From: a virus
Reading direction: 5' to 3' (one strand)
DNA length: 6,799 bases
Virus record (IMG/VR): IMGVR_UViG_3300023490_000072
Span: 1-6,799 of that record
Shown here: one piece after another, positions 1 through 5,588 of the stretch
How positions within the stretch are numbered: position 1 is the first letter of the stretch
Layout of the letters: the number at the start of each line of letters is the position of its first letter
The notes under the pieces: model-generated
The model's database searches: none
Told to the model about the DNA's origin: nothing
The model's input: the letters and a program-made list of their open reading frames with translations, nothing else
Program-made: the position numbers and the translations under genes

Positions 1-55
1 CGCCCTATTTCCATGTCAGATGCGTATTACTCTCAACTGTCCGTTAGATTTACAG
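1..55. repeat. Terminal direct repeat, copy 1, identical to 6745..6799; marks the closure point of a circular 6,744-nt genome
   Basis: Base-by-base comparison: cgccctatttccatgtcagatgcgtattactctcaactgtccgttagatttacag occurs at 1-55 and again at 6745-6799 with no mismatch. Confidence 0.95.
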
Positions 56-621
56 GCTCTTCCTTTTTTGATGTTAACGCAACTTCTTCCCTATTTCGTT
101 CGGTGGTATTCTGCGCCCGCCGATTCTTCTGCTCGTCAGGTGAAATTTATAATGATGCATTCGTAAGGGAGTTTATGTTGTGGGTACTTGACCCCGATAC
201 TTCTGTGTTATATAAACATATTTATCAGTACCGTGCTGTTCGTTGGTATGTTGAAACTTTTGTGAAACCGATATATAACAGTTCCGGTTCTGTCAATTCT
301 TTAAAATCGTTGCTTTATGCTGCGCACCGTCACTATTCGCTATCCTCCTATTTAGGTTTGGATTCGTACACGTGTTTAAAATTACGTTTTGATTTCGTTG
401 TCTGGAAAGATTATCAAAATATGATTCAGTATTTTCAGGCTTTGGAAAATGATAAACTTTTTGCGTATGAAAATTACGCTAGTATGTCTCCTTTTACGGG
501 AACGTATGATTTTGATATTTTAAAAACACGCTCTATTTTTCAGTATCAAGTGCAACAAGCTAATATGTCTTATACTGAGAATATTAAACATAGAGCGGTT
601 GTGGATTCTTATAAAAATTAA
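1..621 (+). CDS. VP4: C-terminal 206 codons of the replication initiation protein (Rep, VP4-like); continues the ORF that starts at 5812 and wraps the circular junction
   Basis: Frame 1 is open from base 1 (cgc cct att tcc atg = RPISM) to TAA at 619-621. The same 55 nt at 6745-6799 are read in the same frame by the ORF beginning at 5812. The unit length 6744 is divisible by 3, so the frame is preserved. The ATG at 13 used by the ORF track is an internal Met. Confidence 0.9.
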   Translation, partial: RPISMSDAYYSQLSVRFTGSSFFDVNATSSLFRSVVFCARRFFCSSGEIYNDAFVREFMLWVLDPDTSVLYKHIYQYRAVRWYVETFVKPIYNSSGSVNSLKSLLYAAHRHYSLSSYLGLDSYTCLKLRFDFVVWKDYQNMIQYFQALENDKLFAYENYASMSPFTGTYDFDILKTRSIFQYQVQQANMSYTENIKHRAVVDSYKN

Positions 622-626
622 TTATT

Positions 627-2681
627 ATGGCTAATAAAGTTTTAGGTATGCATCGCCTTAAGAATAAGGTAAATCGTAATGCTTTCGATTTGTCTCATCG
701 TCACATGTTTACTGCTCAAGTTGGTGAATTGCTGCCTGTTTTTACTCAGTGGGTTAATCCTAATGAGACGTTTAAAATTGGGTACAATGGTAAGACCCGT
801 ACCGCTGCCCTTAACACAGATGCGTTTACTCGCATTCGTGAAAACATACAGTACTATTTTGTACCTTTCCAGTCACTTTGGAAGTATTTTGAACAACAGG
901 TTAATAATTTGACTAAAGGTGATGCAGGTCAGAATATCTCTAAATTTGCTAGTAGTTCTACTGAGGCATCTAAGATTTCAACATCTTTGCCTTATATTTC
1001 TTATGTAAAATTGGGACATTGGTTAAATTTAATGGTTATGCATGCTTTAAACGCTTGTGGTGCTTATTTTGCTTCTTATCCGGGTGTTTCTCTACGTTCT
1101 GCACAAGGTTTTAAAGACTTTTGTGTTTCTAGTGAAGATTTTGCTGATATTTTCGTTTGTGATGGTTATCGTTATTGTCGTGCTGCTAAGCTACTTATGG
1201 CTTTAGGTTATGGTAATTTTGATACTGTTATTCAGTATGATATTTATTCTTTTGCTGAACTTTATGTTGCTGATGGTAATGAATGGAACACTGGTAAATT
1301 CTCATTATCTGACTATTATCTCAAATTTAATATTTCTGAAGCATCAAAAATTCTAAACAGTCCTAATCTTTCGATTTTGCCTTTGTTGGCTTATCATAAG
1401 ATTTGTAACGACCATTATAGAAATGAGAAATGGCAGCCTTTCGAACCTTGGACATGCAACATTGATTACTTGGCTCCTACTGATAATATGAATGCTCAAT
1501 CGTTTATCTCTGAAGCTTCGTTCTCTAAGTTGATTACAACTATCATCGATTTGGAAAATTCTAATCTTCCAATTGATTATTTTACTTCGGTTTTGCCACG
1601 TGCTCAATATGGTGATGAGTCTGCTGTTCCTATCGGTTTAGATAATACTGATGCTACTTATATTGTTAAAGATTCTGCTGACCCTAAAAAGGGTGTTATT
1701 TTTGGTTCTCCGGCTCATACCCCTAATGATACTTTAGTGAAAGCTGATGATGACCCTACACCTGTTGATGGTTCTTATGCTACGTGGATTCGTTCCTCTT
1801 CTACTGGTGACGTTCTTCTTGGTTTTAGGGGTAAACTTTCTGCTGCAGGTTCTTCTTTGAAAATCTCTGCTTTGCGTTCTGCTACCGCTCTACAGAAATA
1901 TAAGGAGATTCAAAATAGTAATGACCCCGATTTTGCTAATCAGGTCTTGGCACACTTTGGTATTAAGCCTAATGTTGATTCCCGTACATCAATTTTTATT
2001 GGTGGTGATGATAAAACTTTGAGCATTAATCCACAAGTTAATACTAATTTCGTCGATGGTGGTCAACCTGATATTAAAGCTATTGGTGTTGGTGATTTGT
2101 CTGCTGGTTGTAAGTTTACTGCTTCTACCTATGGTATGATTATTGGCATTTATCGTGCTGTTCCTCAACTTGATTATGCCCACGTCGGTATTGACCGTAA
2201 TTTGTTCAAGTCTGACGCTACCGATTTTCCTATACCGGAATTAGATAACATAGGTATGCAGACTCAATTTAGATGTGAATTAAGTGCGCCTTTAATTGGA
2301 ACTTGTGGAAAAGTTGTTCCTTTTGAGTCTTCTGCTAATTCTTTGGATATGTCTGTTACTTATGGTTACGCTCCTCGTTATGCTGAACTTAAGAGTGCTC
2401 GTGATTACTTTGAAGGTGGTTTTTGTGGAACTTATAAGAGTTGGGTTACTGGTTATGACCAATTTTTCCTTTCTCGATGGCGTCGCAATTTAGGAAGTCC
2501 ATCTGCTGCTAATTATGGCAGCATTGATGATTTATTCAAGTGCCGCCCGTCTTTGCTTTATCCTATCTTTGTAAATCAGTGGTCAGGTACAGTAAATGAC
2601 GATAAGTTACTTATTGGTAGTGTTAATACTTGTGTTGCAGTCCGTCCATTTAGCATGTATGGTTTGCCTTACTCAAAATAA
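627..2681 (+). CDS. VP1: Major capsid protein, Microviridae VP1 / phiX174 F-protein family (684 aa)
   Basis: This is the longest ORF. The N-terminal block NAFDLSHRHMFTAQVGELLPV...AFTRIRENIQYYFVPFQSLW and the mid-protein block ISALRSATALQKYKEI match hallmark conserved blocks of Microviridae major capsid proteins as I recall them. Codons are strongly T-ending. The ORF starts 5 nt after the Rep stop. Confidence 0.95.
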   Translation: MANKVLGMHRLKNKVNRNAFDLSHRHMFTAQVGELLPVFTQWVNPNETFKIGYNGKTRTAALNTDAFTRIRENIQYYFVPFQSLWKYFEQQVNNLTKGDAGQNISKFASSSTEASKISTSLPYISYVKLGHWLNLMVMHALNACGAYFASYPGVSLRSAQGFKDFCVSSEDFADIFVCDGYRYCRAAKLLMALGYGNFDTVIQYDIYSFAELYVADGNEWNTGKFSLSDYYLKFNISEASKILNSPNLSILPLLAYHKICNDHYRNEKWQPFEPWTCNIDYLAPTDNMNAQSFISEASFSKLITTIIDLENSNLPIDYFTSVLPRAQYGDESAVPIGLDNTDATYIVKDSADPKKGVIFGSPAHTPNDTLVKADDDPTPVDGSYATWIRSSSTGDVLLGFRGKLSAAGSSLKISALRSATALQKYKEIQNSNDPDFANQVLAHFGIKPNVDSRTSIFIGGDDKTLSINPQVNTNFVDGGQPDIKAIGVGDLSAGCKFTASTYGMIIGIYRAVPQLDYAHVGIDRNLFKSDATDFPIPELDNIGMQTQFRCELSAPLIGTCGKVVPFESSANSLDMSVTYGYAPRYAELKSARDYFEGGFCGTYKSWVTGYDQFFLSRWRRNLGSPSAANYGSIDDLFKCRPSLLYPIFVNQWSGTVNDDKLLIGSVNTCVAVRPFSMYGLPYSK

Positions 2682-2698
2682 TTTAAAATTGTTTGATT

Positions 2699-3148
2699 AT
2701 GATAGCTAAAAATAAAGTAGTTTATGTACCACCTGTTTATGAGGAAGTACAACATGAAGTAACATCTGTTGACGATAATAACAATCCTTTGTGTACGTCT
2801 TTTCACACTGATGTTTCTTTGTTGCAACGTATTGATAATATGCGTGCTGATGCCCAGACCTTGCGAGAGATTAAGGAATCTTTGCAGCCTATGATTGATA
2901 CATCTAATTTCCGTTCCCAGTTTGAAGAAACTTTCGGCTCTTTGACTGATGATGAATTAATCAATTCTTGCCCTTCTCGTTATGTTCAAACGGCTAGTGA
3001 AAAAATGTCTTATCTTAAAGAACTTGCTATTAAAGATAAAGAGGTTCGTGATAAGGCTGCTGCCGCTCTTAAGGAGAAAGAGGAAAAAGAAAAGGCTGAA
3101 AAAGAAAATGCCGATTTCCAGTCTCGTTTAATGGATATTTTTAAGTAG
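2699..3148 (+). CDS. Hypothetical 149-aa protein with a Lys/Glu-rich helical C-terminus; possibly an internal scaffolding (VP3-like) protein, by position only
   Basis: The ORF sits between VP1 and VP2 with 17-nt and 8-nt gaps and shares their codon bias. The track start 2693 is a TTG; the first ATG is 2699 (ttg att ATG ata gct). The C-terminal stretch KDKEVRDKAAAALKEKEEKEKAEKENADFQSRL looks coiled-coil and charged. I recognise no family signature, so the function is inferred from size and position. Confidence 0.7.
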   Translation: MIAKNKVVYVPPVYEEVQHEVTSVDDNNNPLCTSFHTDVSLLQRIDNMRADAQTLREIKESLQPMIDTSNFRSQFEETFGSLTDDELINSCPSRYVQTASEKMSYLKELAIKDKEVRDKAAAALKEKEEKEKAEKENADFQSRLMDIFK

Positions 3149-3156
3149 TTCTGCCT

Positions 3157-4614
3157 ATGTTGTCTAATATTATTTTAAGGAGTGCTGCCGCTTTTGGCGG
3201 TGCTCCTTTTCGCTTAAATAAGTGTACTGCTTTAACTTCTGCTGCTGGTGGTGCTGCTGCTGGTTCTGCTGCTGGTGGTGTTCCTGGCGCTCTTGTTGGT
3301 GGTGCTCTTGGTGTTGCTAGTTCATTACTTGGTGGTCTTTTTGGTAGTCATAATACCAATAAAACCAATGAAATGAATTATAAAATCATGCAAGAACAGA
3401 ATCGTTTTAATGCTGAACAAGCTAAGAAAAATCGTGACTGGCAGGAACTCATGTATCGTATGTTTGGTACCTCTTCTGCTAAGGCTAATGATATGCGTGC
3501 TGCTGGTCTCAATGCTTTGCTTGGTGATGTATCTGCTAGTGGTAACGTTGGTAGTGGTTCTGCTGCTACTGCTGCGGAATCTGCTCAAATGATGCCTACT
3601 GATTATTCGTTTATTGCTGATGCTGCTCATAGTGGTCTTGCTGGATATAATACTACGCGTTCCGTTGATGCTTCCGTTTCTCTCCAAAAATCTCAAGAGA
3701 ATGTGAATAAGTCTATTGAGGGTATTAATGTTGCGCAAAAAGGTCTTATCGAATCTCAAACCGATATGCAAAAAATGACTTATAAATTCGCTCAAGATAC
3801 TTATCAGAATAGACTTTTGCAAGAACAATTTAAGGCTGAGTTGCAGAATTGGCAAGGTTTTGATGCTATGTATGATGCTCGCTTAAAAGCTTTCAGTCTC
3901 TACAATGTCATGCCGCAAGAAGTCGAGAAGAATGTCGCTCAAACTATGTCTTTCTATGCTTCGGCTTTCCGTGATATTGCTGACGGTAAGTATACGCTTA
4001 AACAGACAGAAAATTATGGGCGTTGGCTATCTATTCAGCAAACATTTGCGCATGCTGCTACTGTTCAAAGTAGTGCTGCATTAATGCAAGGTCGTGCCGC
4101 TTTGACCAATGCTAGTGCTAATGCTTCTTATCTGGGTAAATTAGGTAAATATTATGGCTCTTTAACTTCTGGTCAGAATATGACAAATGAAATGTCTCGG
4201 TATTATACCGATTTTATGTTAGGTAAAATGCCGCTTGGTAAAGCCGAATCTATTCTGCGTCAAACACCTTATAGGCATCTGTTGGATTTGAATATACAAC
4301 AGAATGAATGGTCACTTAATAAGTTAATGCAAGAGCCGGATTTGATACGTTCTCTTAGTGGTATGTACAAATCAGAAGCTTCGCTTACTAATAAGCGTGT
4401 TGATAGTTATGATACCGATAAAATCTTTGAGCGTGGTGAATCTATTTCCCGTATGGTTAAGAATATCTCCGATGGTATTAGTAACTTTACACCTAAGCCT
4501 AGATTTAATAGAGGTTCTTCTGCGGGTAGCGAATCCACACCGCCACCGAGTGGTAGATCGTGGCTCGATGCGTATCGTGAAAATCCTAATTATAGCCCTA
4601 CCGGCAATAGATAA
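3157..4614 (+). CDS. VP2: Minor capsid / DNA pilot protein, Microviridae VP2-like (485 aa)
   Basis: The N-terminus is Gly/Ala-rich and hydrophobic (AAGGAAAGSAAGGVPGALVGGALGVASSLLGGLFG). It is followed by NRFNAEQAKKNRDWQELMYRM and ANDMRAAGLNALLG, which resemble conserved VP2 blocks as I recall them. The central part is long, Q/K/E-rich and helical. Its position downstream of VP1 is typical of non-phiX microviruses. Confidence 0.8.
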   Translation: MLSNIILRSAAAFGGAPFRLNKCTALTSAAGGAAAGSAAGGVPGALVGGALGVASSLLGGLFGSHNTNKTNEMNYKIMQEQNRFNAEQAKKNRDWQELMYRMFGTSSAKANDMRAAGLNALLGDVSASGNVGSGSAATAAESAQMMPTDYSFIADAAHSGLAGYNTTRSVDASVSLQKSQENVNKSIEGINVAQKGLIESQTDMQKMTYKFAQDTYQNRLLQEQFKAELQNWQGFDAMYDARLKAFSLYNVMPQEVEKNVAQTMSFYASAFRDIADGKYTLKQTENYGRWLSIQQTFAHAATVQSSAALMQGRAALTNASANASYLGKLGKYYGSLTSGQNMTNEMSRYYTDFMLGKMPLGKAESILRQTPYRHLLDLNIQQNEWSLNKLMQEPDLIRSLSGMYKSEASLTNKRVDSYDTDKIFERGESISRMVKNISDGISNFTPKPRFNRGSSAGSESTPPPSGRSWLDAYRENPNYSPTGNR

Positions 4615-4620
4615 TAAATT

Positions 4621-4665
4621 AGGCGCAAAGGATAATTCCCTTGCGCCTTTTCATTATATTTTTTC
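4621..4665 (+). terminator. Candidate intrinsic terminator after the structural gene block
   Basis: aggcgcaa(a)gg at 4621-4631 pairs with ccttgcgcct at 4639-4648: 8 contiguous bp plus 2 more across a 1-nt bulge, with a short AT-rich loop. It is followed by ttttcattatattttttc and begins 7 nt after the VP2 stop (TAA 4612-4614). Confidence 0.6.
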
Positions 4666-4674
4666 TATTCTTAC

Positions 4675-4839
4675 ATGTGTTTCAATCGTTTCTCTTACTC
4701 CCTTAGTATTCTTTTTGCTTTTATAGCAATTCAGTCCGTTTTTACGTCTTCGACACTACCAAATAATTTAGTTAAATATCTGTTGATTGTACGTTACAAT
4801 AATGCAAACACGTTTTTAAGTAATTCTCATTCAACATAA
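4675..4839 (+). CDS. Possible small ORF (54 aa) with one hydrophobic segment; weakly supported
   Basis: ATG 4675 to TAA 4837-4839 translates as MCFNRFSYSLSILFAFIAIQSVFTSSTLPNNLVKYLLIVRYNNANTFLSNSHST. About half of its codons end in T, as in the real genes. However, the surrounding DNA is T-rich anyway, the ORF lies just downstream of the terminator hairpin, and I see no promoter or family signature. It is below the ORF-track length cutoff. Confidence 0.25.
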   Translation: MCFNRFSYSLSILFAFIAIQSVFTSSTLPNNLVKYLLIVRYNNANTFLSNSHST

Positions 4840-4903
4840 ATACCTTCTGTAAAAATCCATATTTTTCTTATGAAATAATAAAAATTTATATTACACCCTT
4901 AAT

Positions 4904-4970
4904 GTATCTGTTTTATATTTGTGTGCGTGCGCATTTTATACGTACGTACACAATTTAACTAAACAGATAC
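4904..4970. repeat. 67-nt compound inverted repeat (long hairpin or cruciform) in the non-coding region
   Basis: The outer arms gtatctgttt (4904-4913) and aaacagatac (4961-4970) are perfect 10-bp complements. The inner arms 4919-4931 (ttgtgtgcgtgcg) pair with 4941-4953 (cgtacgtacacaa) over 13 positions, two of which are G:T (4925:4947, 4929:4943). The apical loop is the 9-nt cattttata. Both inner arms are alternating purine-pyrimidine runs. Confidence 0.85.
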
Positions 4971-5068
4971 TTTATTTTGGTTTGTCTGCCAGAAAAACCT
5001 TAGCTTTGCGCGGAAAAGTCTATAACTCTCTACTAACTACCTTTTTATGAAAATTTTCCCTGAAAATT

Positions 5069-5160
5069 CCTACTCTCTTGTTTGAGGTAGGCAAAAGCGG
5101 GAATACATATTCCCTAGTTACTGCGCTTTTGTTCCCCCTGTAACTATTTTCTTAAATAGT
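5069..5160. other. Cluster of three adjacent stem-loops in non-coding DNA; candidate ssDNA structural element
   Basis: Hairpin A: cctac 5069-5073 pairs with gtagg 5087-5091. Hairpin B: outer stem caaaagcg 5092-5099 with cgcttttg 5124-5131, enclosing an inner stem gggaat 5099-5104 with attccc 5109-5114; G5099 can belong to only one of the two stems. Hairpin C: actattt 5143-5149 with aaatagt 5154-5160 and a 4-nt loop. Confidence 0.6.
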
Positions 5161-5169
5161 CTTAACAAA

Positions 5170-5202
5170 TTTGGTGTTTTCAAATTTTATTTTTTATCTT
5201 TG
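5170..5202 (+). promoter_or_regulatory. Candidate Bacteroidetes-type promoter (-33 TTTG, 21-nt spacer, -7 TAnnTTTG)
   Basis: TTTG lies at 5170-5173 and TAtcTTTG at 5195-5202, separated by 21 nt. This matches the published Bacteroides sigma-AB promoter consensus TTTG-N19-21-TAnnTTTG. It lies immediately upstream of the ATG at 5207, implying a very short or absent leader. Confidence 0.5.
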
Positions 5203-5206
5203 CACC

Positions 5207-5422
5207 ATGAAAAAGGAAATTATACAAATTATCCTCAAAGTCGCTATCTATGCGCTTGGGTTGATAGCTGCCTATTTTGGAGTCACTTCTTTGACTTCTT
5301 GCAGTACGTCTCACAATGTAGTTGCTAGTGGTCGCACTACTATTGTTACAGTTGATACCACAATTGTTAAACATAACGGTTTTGTCCGTTCTAAAAATTT
5401 TAAGCCTTATGGTGAAAATTAA
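5207..5422 (+). CDS. Small putative lipoprotein (71-aa precursor, 40-aa mature part)
   Basis: MKKEIIQIILKVAIYALGLIAAYFGVTSLTSC has a basic n-region, a hydrophobic h-region and the lipobox L-T-S-C. The Cys is residue 32 (tgc at 5300-5302). The mature part is CSTSHNVVASGRTTIVTVDTTIVKHNGFVRSKNFKPYGEN. The track start 5171 is a TTG that would add 12 residues ahead of an otherwise canonical signal peptide, so I prefer ATG 5207. Codons are T-ending like those of the core genes. Confidence 0.7.
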   Translation: MKKEIIQIILKVAIYALGLIAAYFGVTSLTSCSTSHNVVASGRTTIVTVDTTIVKHNGFVRSKNFKPYGEN

Positions 5423-5588
5423 TTCTCGTTGTTTCATCGTAGAAGTCGACGGCGTTCAGTATGTAGTTAAGTATGGCAAAATTGATGAATTTATTTGTTT
5501 GTTTTTGCCTAGTGTAGTCATCGTTCAGTCAATGATTACTTCATATGTTTCTTGGGAACATGAGTATCAATGGTACAAACGTATTTAG
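5409..5588 (+). CDS. Hypothetical small protein (59 aa)
   Basis: ATG 5409 overlaps the last 14 nt of the lipoprotein ORF, a compact and possibly coupled arrangement. The product is MVKINSRCFIVEVDGVQYVVKYGKIDEFICLFLPSVVIVQSMITSYVSWEHEYQWYKRI. The track start 5322 is a non-ATG start that would lie deep inside the lipoprotein ORF. I recognise no family. Confidence 0.5.
   Translation: MVKINSRCFIVEVDGVQYVVKYGKIDEFICLFLPSVVIVQSMITSYVSWEHEYQWYKRI

Noticed and set aside
13-621. Track ORF of 202 aa, presented as a stand-alone protein
   Set aside because: The frame is already open from base 1 and is continuous, across the circular junction, with the Rep ORF that starts at 5812. The ATG at 13 is an internal methionine. 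An A*-like internal initiation cannot be excluded, but nothing in the sequence supports it.
2296-2493. Hydrophobic +1-frame ORFs embedded in VP1 and VP2 (2296-2493, 3410-3592, 4358-4726)
   Set aside because: All lie in the +1 frame of a host gene built from NNT codons. That places T at codon position 2 and forces Leu/Val/Ile/Phe-rich products. ORF 4358-4726 also runs through the terminator hairpin. They are kept only as a generic caveat under the lysis-gene finding.
3165-3173. taatattat, one mismatch from the TAATATTAC nonanucleotide of CRESS-DNA and geminivirus origins
   Set aside because: It has no flanking stem to present it in a loop, it lies within the first codons of VP2, it is an AT-rich string likely to arise by chance, and the Rep family here is phiX A-like rather than CRESS-like.
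3325-3855. 176-aa minus-strand ORF, and the other minus-strand ORFs at 1353-1607, 1989-2183, 5180-5437 and 5818-6135
   Set aside because: All are antisense to strongly supported genes (VP2, VP1, the lipoprotein ORF and Rep). Their low-complexity I/N/R/S/K-rich composition is what an A-rich antisense strand produces. They have no motifs, and one-strand coding is the rule in Microviridae.
4777-4784. TATCTGTT occurs at 4777-4784 and 4905-4912, and inverted at 4962-4969; considered as iteron-like Rep binding sites
   Set aside because: Two of the three copies are simply the arms of the 4904-4970 hairpin. Near-identical ATCTGTTG strings also occur in coding DNA (2764-2771 and 4277-4284), so the motif is not specific to the non-coding region.
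4926-4953. Resemblance of cGTGCGCATtt (4926-4936) to the XerC-binding arm of E. coli dif (GGTGCGCATAA); of interest because Bacteroidetes microvirus proviruses have been proposed to integrate through Xer/dif-like sites
   Set aside because: Only 8 of 11 positions of one arm match. The sequence 6 nt downstream (tacgtacacaa) does not resemble the better-conserved XerD arm TTATGTTAAAT. The nearby atttaac at 4953-4959 is in the wrong orientation and spacing. The Bacteroidetes dif consensus may also differ. It would be worth a proper dif-profile search but cannot be supported by eye.
5171-5206. The TTG start at 5171 for the lipoprotein ORF, and the non-ATG start at 5322 for the next ORF
   Set aside because: The 5171 start would add 12 residues (MVFSNFIFYLCT) ahead of a canonical MKK-type signal peptide and would overlap the predicted promoter. 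The 5322 start would put 87 nt of a second gene inside the lipoprotein ORF. ATG 5207 and ATG 5409 give more compact and more conventional models.
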